A stretch of DNA of 64,000 nucleotides. It comes from Candidatus Bathyarchaeota archaeon. Its GTDB lineage: Archaea; Thermoproteota; Bathyarchaeia; Bathyarchaeales; Bathycorpusculaceae. Made by a program: the position numbers and the translations under genes. The DNA is taken from the NCBI GenBank assembly GCA_963702095.1, contig OY969706.1, positions 928,001-992,000 of the forward strand, written 5' to 3'. Below the pieces are notes generated by a model that was given only the letters and a program-made list of their open reading frames with translations, did no database searches and was not told where the DNA came from. Below, piece by piece: positions 30,703 to 39,496 of this stretch. The first letter of the stretch is position 1. Every line of letters starts with the position of its first letter.

Positions 30703-30737
30703 ACTCGATGTTACTAATTGATAATAACGGTTTTAAG
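30703..30737 (-). promoter_or_regulatory. TATA box plus Mo-regulon operator, copy 3
   Basis: Minus strand CTTAAAA-cc-GTTATTAT-N6-GTAACATCGAGT; 12-bp right arm identical to the modA site. Confidence 0.6.
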
Positions 30738-30871
30738 GCTTGCGGCTCAAAGAAACCAAATCCAATATTTGCACTGTTGCCAGATTTTTTTAGTTAATGA
30801 TCTGTCTTTTTTAGGGTACCGCAAGGTTGAAATTTTAAAACGTTGTAGGTTACTCGGACGATGAGAAAATC

Positions 30872-30938
30872 GAGGTACGCCGAAGCTGAAGGTGGGGAAA
30901 TTTAACGCTGGAAGCTAGTGAGTGCTTTTTCCGCTATT
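30872..30938 (+). repeat. Repeat family C, copy 1
   Basis: About 53 of 67 positions identical to 31663-31728 by manual alignment. Confidence 0.8.
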
Positions 30939-31143
30939 GAGTCCAAAATTATGAAATACAAAATTTCTGGCATGGCTAATTTTTTCTCAAAAGGTCATTT
31001 TAGCTGTTGTTGAACCGCAGAATCTTTTCATGGCAAGCTCTGCGCTTGCCTCTTTTATGCATTAAACTGGCAAAAATCTTTTAAGCAACACATTATCCTA
31101 GCAAGCAATCGAGTTAGCGGTAAAATTACAAGGAGTATCTAAA

Positions 31144-31500
31144 TTGGCTTCAATGATTGGTAAGAAAAAACTTTACGTTGTGATCTTGGTAGTTGTTCTG
31201 GTTGTAGTGATTGTTGGTGCAGTTGTAGCCTATTTGAATTCAGGTGGAGCAGCACCTAATCTGCCAAATATGGTCGGCACATATTTTGAGCAAACTTCAA
31301 GCGGAGACGGATACACAATAGTTCTCTATGAAAACGGTACCGCAACATTTAGCGTCTACACCGGCACATGGCAACTCGTTAACGCAACAACCTTCGAAGG
31401 CACATACAGTGTGTTCAACGTACCCAGAGATGACTACTTCACAATCACAAACAACGGCTTCACTGCAGTCCAAACGGGAAACGTATACATCAGAAAGTAG
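31144..31500 (+). CDS. Small membrane-anchored secreted protein
   Basis: KKK plus hydrophobic helix, beta-rich domain; GGAG RBS. Confidence 0.7.
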   Translation: MASMIGKKKLYVVILVVVLVVVIVGAVVAYLNSGGAAPNLPNMVGTYFEQTSSGDGYTIVLYENGTATFSVYTGTWQLVNATTFEGTYSVFNVPRDDYFTITNNGFTAVQTGNVYIRK

Positions 31501-31662
31501 TCGCATACGCTTCAAACCCTTTTTTTGCTTTAGTGCTTTCTATCAATTCAATCTGGTTTTTTCTGCTTCAATAGCATTGCAGTAAAAAACAACGCCAAGC
31601 ATGCGTACCGTCAACCATGCAGCAAGCGCTTAAAAATATCCTCAGTACATGCTGACCCTATT

Positions 31663-31728
31663 GAGGTACACTGAGGCCAAAGGCTGGGAATTTAGTGCTG
31701 GAGGCTTGTAAGTGCTTTTTCTGCTATT
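31663..31728 (+). repeat. Repeat family C, copy 2
   Basis: Direct repeat of 30872-30938. Confidence 0.8.
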
Positions 31729-31836
31729 CCCCCTCTTGAGCTTTTAGTGCTCATACTTTGTTCTATTAGCCGTTGCTATAGCAGGGCTTTTATCACTTAG
31801 CCGCCTATTTGTAAGCTATACCTAACTTTGAGGGCT

Positions 31837-32876
31837 ATGGCTATGGCGATTTCAGACACTGTCTGGTTTACTGTTAAAGAAAAGAAGTGGAAAGTCGGTT
31901 ATTTCGGCAAATTCTTCTGGACAGGCAAAGAAGAGTTATGGGATTCCGACAACTGTACCATTAATTTCGCCAGAACCATCACCGGAAAAAGCTTGATTGT
32001 TGTCCGTAGCAGCCAAACAAAATACAGCAGCTATATGGAAAAACAAGTTCTGCTTCGCTACATGTTGGGCTTTGAAATTTCGGCAGCACCCTCGGAGCCC
32101 AAAACAGAGACATATGTTGCCAGACATAATATTCCAAAAAGAGAGAAGGCCCCAAGGAACGCTGGGTCATGCAGCTTGACGAGAAACATTGGGTTTGGGA
32201 GTGGGTGCAGCAAGGGCAAGACATTACAGACTCAACAATCTATCGGCTGTACAGTGCTATAGTGGACGAACTGGCGCATCCATCGATACCCGGCGACAAC
32301 ATCCTCAAAGCACCGGTTGATATGCCCTCCGACGACCTAATCCCTGTCGTATACCAGCCGAGTGTTGACGCTTTAAAAAATTTTGTCCGCGAAGTCCACT
32401 GCGCAAAAGAACCCATCAACCACGACGGCTCCTACACGGTAGAAGTTTCTATTCTCTTCAATAATGAGCGCCTCCGCCAACATGGATTTCTGAATTCTAT
32501 CTATGAAGCAATCCGCCGCCTCATTTACGGCAGAATAATGGACCTTGAATCATTCAAAATACTTGTAGCCAAGAACCCTGCAGATGACCGGTTCATTTTC
32601 GAGGGGATCTATAGCGGTAATTCGGAAATGAATGAGGATTCAATCCATGGCGATAAGGTGCCGCCGCCTGCCCCCAAGCATCCAGTCAAATACTATTGCA
32701 TCGATCGTAACCATCCAGTTGTGTTTATCAACACTTCAAACCATGCAATGGCGGAGCATGATACAAACGATAGAATTTGGAAGTGGGAGTACATCCCCTG
32801 GTTAACTGATGCCCCGATAAAGCTTGGTTCCATGTCAAGAAAACAGCTTGAAGAGAGCCTCAAAAAAATTAAGTGA
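31837..32876 (+). CDS. Hypothetical protein, probably one gene with a frameshift near 32150
   Basis: Frame of 32169 ORF extends upstream as PKERWVMQL and overlaps the first ORF at GGCCCC. Confidence 0.6.
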
Positions 32877-32883
32877 CAAGGGC

Positions 32884-33654
32884 TTATTTTTGAATCGCTG
32901 AACTGTCCGGTTCCTCATTTTGCAGTGAAAGCATTTTCTTTATGACCCTCAATCCTCGGTCAGTTAAGATGTAGTCTCCTTTGGATGCTTCCTGCGTTAT
33001 CAACTTGGCAGCTGTCAATTTCCGCAGGTGAAACACCAGGTGACCGGCTTTCAACCCTAAATCTCTTGAGAGTTCCGAAAAACTTCTTTTGCCATAGTAA
33101 ACGCGGTCGAGAATGCGGAGGCGCGCATCACTCGATAGGGGCTCAAGCCACACGTCGATTAGGAACGGAATGTTTAGGGCTTGTCCATCGATTGGCATTT
33201 GTGGTTGTTCCACGAGTACGATTTCTTTGTAGGCTCTTTTTTCTCTTTTGAGTATTTTGCCGAAGTTTTGGAAGCAGCCTTCACAGGTGTAGCCTTGGGT
33301 TTTTTCAATCATTTGCTGGTTTTCAACGATTTTTTGCTCGATGTCTGCGATTGCTTCTTTTGAGCTTCCCTTGAGTGCTTTTGCATTTGATTCTATGATG
33401 CTCTTGCATTTTTCGTAGCATTTAGGTTTGCTTTCGCAGCCAGTTCGGAGTATTTCGCCGATTTCTTTGTTGAGGTGCTCTGATCTTTGGTTTGCGTAGA
33501 CTTCGAGGTGGTTTTTTGAGAGGGTTTCTTCGATGTTTCTTAAGCGTTCTCTTAGGACATTGTCTTCGATTTTTGAGATTTCTTTTTTTAGGTTTTTTAC
33601 TTCTTCTTGTAAGCTTTGTAGTGTTTTGAGTGTTTGTGTGTCGTTTGTTTCCAT
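32884..33654 (-). CDS. Coiled-coil/Cys protein with C-terminal ArsR-like wHTH
   Basis: PLSSDARLRIL, SFSELSRDLGLKAGHLVFHLRKL, YILTDRG. Confidence 0.8.
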   Translation of the reverse strand: METNDTQTLKTLQSLQEEVKNLKKEISKIEDNVLRERLRNIEETLSKNHLEVYANQRSEHLNKEIGEILRTGCESKPKCYEKCKSIIESNAKALKGSSKEAIADIEQKIVENQQMIEKTQGYTCEGCFQNFGKILKREKRAYKEIVLVEQPQMPIDGQALNIPFLIDVWLEPLSSDARLRILDRVYYGKRSFSELSRDLGLKAGHLVFHLRKLTAAKLITQEASKGDYILTDRGLRVIKKMLSLQNEEPDSSAIQK

Positions 33655-33735
33655 GGGTGGTGGTCTCTGTTGGTATATTTCAATTCCCTAAATGTATATT
33701 TACACTATTTATCTTTACTCTTTTCGGTGAAAAAA

Positions 33736-34137
33736 ATGGTACAAATACCCAAAGAAGTAATGGACACATTAGCCGCAGCAGACTCCGCCAAAATGCTCGC
33801 AACCGCAGACGCAAAAGGCACCCCCAACGTAGTCCCAGTCTGGAGCATAACCCCTGTCGACCCAGAAACAGTAGCCTTCGCAGAACTCTTCGTCAAACAC
33901 ACAAAACAAAACCTCCAAGAAAACAATAAAGTAGCAATCGCCGTATTCAAAGGACCCACCACTGGATACCAACTAAAAGGAACCTTCACGGGATTCCAAA
34001 CCTCAGGGCCAATATTTGAGGCTTTTTCAAAAAAAGTCATGGAAGCAATGAACATGCAAATCAAGAGCGTGGGCATAATCAAGGTAGACGATGTCTTTTC
34101 GGCTTCACCGGGGCAGGACAGCAAAAAACTAGCATAA
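33736..34137 (+). CDS. Pyridoxamine 5'-phosphate oxidase-like FMN-binding protein
   Basis: LATADAKGTPNVVP, TKQNLQENNKV, GYQLKG. Confidence 0.88.
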   Translation: MVQIPKEVMDTLAAADSAKMLATADAKGTPNVVPVWSITPVDPETVAFAELFVKHTKQNLQENNKVAIAVFKGPTTGYQLKGTFTGFQTSGPIFEAFSKKVMEAMNMQIKSVGIIKVDDVFSASPGQDSKKLA

Positions 34138-34262
34138 ACACAGCAATCGGAGACAACCCGACAGCCAATGCATGAACCTGTGCCCGTTGAACGGTGACTA
34201 CAAGAGGACGGATATTGTGCGGAAAGCATCTTTAATTAAAGAGAAACCATGGAGGAGATAGC

Positions 34263-34439
34263 ATGACCGGAGAATTTGAGAAACAACTAAAAGAACAAGT
34301 AAATGAAAAAGAAACCGCTGATAAGCTACTGGAACTCGTAAACGCTGCCGGGAAAGAATTCCCCTGTTTATCCTGTCCTTCCAGAAACGAGTGCGGGAGT
34401 TTTAGCTGGTTTATCAAGTGGTTTGGAACAATCACATAG
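34263..34439 (+). CDS. 58-aa Cys-containing small protein (absent from the ORF track)
   Basis: GGAGGAG RBS; MTGEFEKQLKEQVNEKETADKLLELVNAAGKEFPCLSCPSRNECGSFSWFIKWFGTIT. Confidence 0.65.
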   Translation: MTGEFEKQLKEQVNEKETADKLLELVNAAGKEFPCLSCPSRNECGSFSWFIKWFGTIT

Positions 34440-35249
34440 GGACAACAGGTTCATGGGTTGGTAGCACATTCGGCGCGCGAGTTCTCCTCAGCAACGAAAC
34501 CGCAAGCACCGCAATCAACACGGCAGCCACAGTAATTGCCGCTACTTCGGTAAGCAAAACCACGTTATCGTTGCCCCTGTGGTTGACACCTATACCTACT
34601 AAAGCCCAAATAATAACCAAGGCGTATGCGTAGTCTTTTCTGGTTCCAAGCATAAGTAGGGTAATCAATACGGCGATGGCTACTACAACGATGGCCCAGG
34701 CTTTCAGGGCTGAGTCCAAAGCCGTCCCAGTTAATTGAGGTTAAAGCGGCGGCGACATTTGCAATCGTGGCCACGGTTATCCATCCTAAATAGACGCTGA
34801 AGGGGAGATGAACGGCAAGTTTTTCCTTTAAATCGACTTTTGACTTGCCTATGCCTAGCTGGAAGTAGATTGTAATCAATGTTAAGAGTAGCGCAAAAAT
34901 AATCAGAACAGATAGACCGAAAAATTCGTATTGCCAAACAAAAATCCACAAGACGTTGATTATGCTGCTTAGGATGAAAAGCCAGCTTATCCTATTCTGG
35001 TACTCCTTATGCTTTTGGCTGGGTAATGCCTGATAAACAACGAAAACCCCTAGGCAGGACGTAGATGATGCCCCATATGGCGAAAACGTAACCCGCGGGA
35101 GTTACGAGCGTGGGGTATTTGTCTGAGATTTGCGCTGTGTTAGTGCCGCCGATGAGTGTGGTGCTGCCTGCTAAACTGTTGATAATTACGGTTAGGGCAA
35201 AAAAGACAATGTTTGCATACCGTAGAAGACTTGAACCCTGTTTAGACAA
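34432..35249 (-). CDS. Tryptophan-rich sensory (TspO/MBR-like) membrane protein, two frameshifts
   Basis: TPAGYVFAIWGIIY, PFSVYLGWITVATIAN, YALVIIWALVGI spread over three frames. Confidence 0.8.
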
Positions 35250-35550
35250 GAAAAATCCCTGTTAATTTAACGTTTTATTTGATATTTAAAACATTCCATG
35301 CGTTTGATTCTAATGCTGCTATAGGGGGTTACTGCATGTGTTTTAGCGGTTGAATATTATTTTGTCTCCTCGTCTCACGGTTTGAGTCGATTATGCCCTA
35401 TGTAGCCCCGACCTATGTGCAATAGCACTGAGAGCATTGCTGATGATTGAGGGTTGGCTCAAAAGGCGGAACGCCCTTTTATAGAACGTACACGTAAAGA
35501 GCGTTTTTTCTCTGAAGTAACGCAGCAAACCTCTCTTGTTTGAGCCTATG

Positions 35551-35610
35551 GTGATGAGTGTGCTTTTAGGACAGCAAAAGCAAATCATGACTTTGCGCCT
35601 AACGCTCTGA
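35551..35610 (+). ncRNA. Candidate C/D box sRNA
   Basis: GTGATGA box C, CTGA box D, 60 nt, internal AGGA / TCATGA as possible D'/C'; intergenic. Confidence 0.3.
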
Positions 35611-35660
35611 TGCTATGCTTGCCTAAGCATGCGCGCCGAAATTAACTATCTGCGCAGTGT

Positions 35661-35987
35661 TCAACGGCTCTCTTGGCTCCCTTTTAGACCAATATTAGAT
35701 GTCAAAGTGATGCGTCTTTTTTGTAGTTCTGCTTTAGTTTGCTTATCTGACTCACGTTTTATTGCTTCCTCCAATAGCGCAATTGCGGATTTGACGCTGT
35801 TATCCCCGAATTTTCTTGCAAACATACTTTGGGGTTTACCTTTGTCGAAGATTCTTTTTGGTAAGATGCAGACAAAGTTTGAGGGGTAACCAGAACTTTT
35901 GTTTGAGTCGATTAAGGCTAAGCGGTATTTTCCACTATTATCGCCTTTCTCGTAGGGTTTGAAGACTTGTAACTTGTAATTAGGCAT
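35661..35987 (-). CDS. Hypothetical protein
   Basis: Protein-like ORF (YPSNFVCILP). Confidence 0.6.
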   Translation of the reverse strand: MPNYKLQVFKPYEKGDNSGKYRLALIDSNKSSGYPSNFVCILPKRIFDKGKPQSMFARKFGDNSVKSAIALLEEAIKRESDKQTKAELQKRRITLTSNIGLKGSQESR

Positions 35988-36107
35988 GTTAAGCACTTTG
36001 AGTCTTAAACCTTGATTTTTCTATATTGCTTATGAGCATACTCTAAATAGTTCTACATTATTAAGCAAGTTATAGTTCAGTTTTAACTCATGTGTATTTG
36101 CTAATTG

Positions 36108-36428
36108 CTAAATCGGGATAGCCCCGATGAGGACCGATTCCTTTAGTGATGGACTTAGATAATTCTTTGATACCAAGTTTACCTGTGTGCCTAGTTCTTT
36201 CTTAAGAAATTTAGTTAATTTAGTTAATTCTGTGAAATCTAATGGTTCAGAATATGTTAGCAGTAAGCCTATATCGCTTTCCTCATCGGCTTCATCGGTT
36301 GCGTAGCAACCAAACAAGTCTATTGTAGCGACGTAAAAGTTTTCAGATAAGAACGGCTTTAACTCTTGCAGTTTCCGAATGATTTTGCCCTTATCAAGTA
36401 TGGGTCCCTCACCTTCTCCACCAAACAC
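36108..36428 (-). CDS. Minimal nucleotidyltransferase (MNT), degenerate, no HEPN partner
   Basis: LFGCYATDEADEESDIGLL versus canonical LFGSYARG...SDIDLL. Confidence 0.75.
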   Translation of the reverse strand: MFGGEGEGPILDKGKIIRKLQELKPFLSENFYVATIDLFGCYATDEADEESDIGLLLTYSEPLDFTELTKLTKFLKKELGTQVNLVSKNYLSPSLKESVLIGAIPI

Positions 36429-36509
36429 TTGCTTTTAATGTGTTTAAAAGCTTGTTTAAGAAAACACTGCTTCTGGATGGAAAAGAAAGGACGAACTAAC
36501 AAATACGCT

Positions 36510-36602
36510 GATCAGCCACTAGCAGGGAGCAGAGCCGCCTGCCAAGCCCATGGGAAGAAGAAGAGTAAGGGACGCTCTGCCTTCATCTAACACTAGAAAA
36601 CA
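36510..36602 (+). repeat. Repeat family B, partial copy 3
   Basis: GCCGCCTGCCAAGCCCATGGGAAGAAGAAGAGTAAGGGACGCTCTGCCTTCATCTAACACTAGAAAA. Confidence 0.75.
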
Positions 36603-36670
36603 GTTTTTGTCGACAAAGAAACGATAGACTATACAATAAAGAAAGAAGACGGAAGAGAGTAAATCTCTCT

Positions 36671-36895
36671 TTAGTATGGCTCTTTTTTACCAGTTGCGTA
36701 TGCCCAGATGCCGACTATAGCGACAGTTAAGACTGCTCCCGCAAAACCAGCAACTATAAAGCTTGATAGAGCGGATAAAGATGGCAAAACCAGTGCTAAC
36801 CACGGAATAAGGTATGTTGCTGTGACTTGCGCTAAGACGCCAGCTACGAAACCGATGAGCGCAATTAAGCCGAATATTTTTAGTCTACTAGTCAT
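36671..36895 (-). CDS. 74-aa two-TM protein divergent from the cdv cluster
   Basis: Two hydrophobic helices; AGGTGA RBS. Confidence 0.75.
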   Translation of the reverse strand: MTSRLKIFGLIALIGFVAGVLAQVTATYLIPWLALVLPSLSALSSFIVAGFAGAVLTVAIVGIWAYATGKKEPY

Positions 36896-37120
36896 TTAAT
36901 TCACCTTTTAATAGTGGATTGGATAGCGGTTCTTTTTAGGCTAACTTACACATTTATGTATAAACTTGCAGGCGCCAACTCCGTCTTTAACTCTTCTAGT
37001 TAAAGCTCAATGGATGTTTTAGCAGTACGTATATCCGTACATATATACGAGCATATTGTAGCCATATTAACAATGTATAACTCGCTTTTCTGCATTCTAC
37101 GCGTGGTAGAGGTATCCTAA

Positions 37121-37777
37121 ATGTCAGAAAGATTCGCTAAAAAGTGGGAAAGTAAACGGGATGAAGAACCCATCACAAACCGCATCAGAGACACAGTTAA
37201 ACCGCCAGGACCACTAAAACCAAGACTTGACTTCGCCGTTAGACGCATCGAACTCCAAGTGCAAAAACTCGACCAAGCTAACGACAGATTCGGCCAACGT
37301 GACAAAGCAATCTTCGCACGCATCGTCGATGCATACACAAAACATGACAGTGCACGCGCCAACGTCTTTGCAAACGAGCTAGCTGAAGTTAGAAAAATGT
37401 CAAAGTTAATTATGAATGCTAAACTTGCTCTTGAGCAAATCACTTTACGGTTAAGAACAGTTTCAGAGTTAGGCGACGTAGTTTCAACACTCGGCCCAGC
37501 AGTCGGTGTTCTACGCTCTGTCAGATCAGGCTTAGTCAGTGTGTTCCCAGAAGCAGAAAATGAGCTTGGCGAAATCGGCAACATGCTAAGCGGCATCATG
37601 ATCGAAGCAGGCCAAGGCAGCGGAATGACATTAAACTTCGACACAGTAAACGAAGACGCATCAAAGATACTCACCGAAGCAGCAACCGTTGCAGAACAGA
37701 AAATCAAAGACAAATTCCCAGACCTACCCCCAGGAATGCCCGCTTCCCCAGCATCTCAAGCAGATAAAACATTCTAA
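37121..37777 (+). CDS. ESCRT-III (Snf7/CdvB1-2-like) protein
   Basis: ARANVFANELAEVRK, LALEQITLRLRT, C-terminal FPDLP MIM2-like motif. Confidence 0.92.
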   Translation: MSERFAKKWESKRDEEPITNRIRDTVKPPGPLKPRLDFAVRRIELQVQKLDQANDRFGQRDKAIFARIVDAYTKHDSARANVFANELAEVRKMSKLIMNAKLALEQITLRLRTVSELGDVVSTLGPAVGVLRSVRSGLVSVFPEAENELGEIGNMLSGIMIEAGQGSGMTLNFDTVNEDASKILTEAATVAEQKIKDKFPDLPPGMPASPASQADKTF

Positions 37778-37794
37778 AAAAGGAGAAAAACAAA

Positions 37795-38514
37795 ATGTCT
37801 AACTCCAATCTTTTTCTTTCTATTGGCAAACCAATAAAGAACGAATACGGACGAATAATCGGCAAAGTTGCCTCCTTCGCATTAACCCCCAACGGCAAAT
37901 TCGACGGAGTATACATCGAGTTTGGCGACGGTCAATTCTCCAAACAGCCCATGGACAGCCTACGATTCAATGGCGCTGAAATCACCTTTGTCTCCAAAAT
38001 CAAGTCACAAGCCGGCACACTGTGCGACCAAATCCCCCTCATCTGGCGCAAAGATGAAGCCTTAAAAGACTTAGTTGACAAAAAGAAGATTACACCGGAG
38101 ATTTACCAGGAACTTCACAGCAGCTTCGAAAACGTGCTAAATCAACTTAAAAAAGAAGCCCAAGTCATCATTGACGAATCATCCATAGAAATCGAGCGTT
38201 GCCAAGAAGAAATCACATCACTGAGTTATGCAATCGCTAACCTCGAAATCGAGCATGAAATCGGCAAAGTTGACGAAGAAAGTTACAAAGCAGCATTTAC
38301 AATACTCCAAGAAACACTCCGACGTGCAACTTCAGAGAAAACCGACTACGACCTTACCAAGAGCCGTCTATCCAGTGTACTCTTAGGTGAACAATCTCTG
38401 TTGCCCCCCAAAACCAACAAGATCTACGCTGAAACCGTCACCAACAACAGCACCAGGCTGCCTGAACCCCCAGTTGTCGTTTACGTGAAAGAAATAGGGA
38501 AAACCGGTATCTAA
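37795..38514 (+). CDS. cdvA: CdvA-like cell division protein
   Basis: PRC-barrel-like IGKPIKNEYGRIIG, coiled coil, LEIEHEIGKV, C-terminal PVVVYVK. Confidence 0.85.
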   Translation: MSNSNLFLSIGKPIKNEYGRIIGKVASFALTPNGKFDGVYIEFGDGQFSKQPMDSLRFNGAEITFVSKIKSQAGTLCDQIPLIWRKDEALKDLVDKKKITPEIYQELHSSFENVLNQLKKEAQVIIDESSIEIERCQEEITSLSYAIANLEIEHEIGKVDEESYKAAFTILQETLRRATSEKTDYDLTKSRLSSVLLGEQSLLPPKTNKIYAETVTNNSTRLPEPPVVVYVKEIGKTGI

Positions 38515-38552
38515 GGCAAAACGCGACACGATGGGAGTATGGAGGGACAACC

Positions 38553-39467
38553 ATGAAAAGCTTCACCAACCAATCCCCTCCTCCTATCCGTGAAGTCGCG
38601 TCCAAATCTATTTATACATTAAAAGTCCAGCAGAACAAGCTTGAACAAGCAAGTTTCCGCCTCAAAGAGCGAGACCGCATTCTTTTTGAAACGTGCATGG
38701 GCGCACTCAAAAAGAACAACAAAGAAAAAGCGGCTATGTGTGCTACCGAGATTGCAGAAGTCCGCAAACTAGTCAAATTTCTCTACAACGTCCAGTTAGC
38801 CATTGAACGTGTAGTTATGCGTCTTGAAACCATAAAAGAACTAGGTGACATCGTTGCTGACCTCAAACCAGCCCTGCGCCTGCTTCAAGGCGTTTCACAA
38901 GACCTTTTCCAAGTGTTACCTGACGTTAGCACAGAATTAAACAACGTTAACTCTGCCATCCAAGACACACTTCAACAAACCAAGCTCACCTCAGACGAGA
39001 ATTTGGTGCCGGTTGGCAGAAAAACCGAGGCAGGCGACGAAATCCTCAAAGAAGTCTCCTGTTTCATGGAACAAAAACTCGCTGAAACCCTGCCTGAACC
39101 TCCAGTTACCGCTTTAGTCAAAGAGACAGCAACTGTAAAACCGACCCCCATACGCGAAATGGTTGCGTTAACAGCGAGTTCTTCGCAGGTGTTTGGTCAA
39201 AAAATCCATGAGGAGTCAGGCTTTGACCCAGAGAAAACCTTGTTCTCATATAAGAAATCGGAGATCAAGGAGTTCTCGGTTAAAGTTGAGAAGCCCACGC
39301 CTAATCTTGAAGAGGTTCTTCTCGAATACGTGCGTAAAACTAACGGTGAAATCGATTTAGGAAGATGCTCCTCGGAGTTGAAAACTTCCAACGCGGATAT
39401 CGAGCGTGCCTTAGAGAACCTGGGAACCCAGGGTAAAATCAAGATTGAATTACGTTCGCCTGAATAA
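38553..39467 (+). CDS. cdvB: ESCRT-III CdvB with C-terminal winged-helix domain
   Basis: Snf7 core, LPEPP MIM2, LLEYVRKTNGEIDL...LENLGTQGKI wH. Confidence 0.88.
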   Translation: MKSFTNQSPPPIREVASKSIYTLKVQQNKLEQASFRLKERDRILFETCMGALKKNNKEKAAMCATEIAEVRKLVKFLYNVQLAIERVVMRLETIKELGDIVADLKPALRLLQGVSQDLFQVLPDVSTELNNVNSAIQDTLQQTKLTSDENLVPVGRKTEAGDEILKEVSCFMEQKLAETLPEPPVTALVKETATVKPTPIREMVALTASSSQVFGQKIHEESGFDPEKTLFSYKKSEIKEFSVKVEKPTPNLEEVLLEYVRKTNGEIDLGRCSSELKTSNADIERALENLGTQGKIKIELRSPE

Positions 39468-39496
39468 GTGAGAGAGAAAGGAGAGACACATCACAA

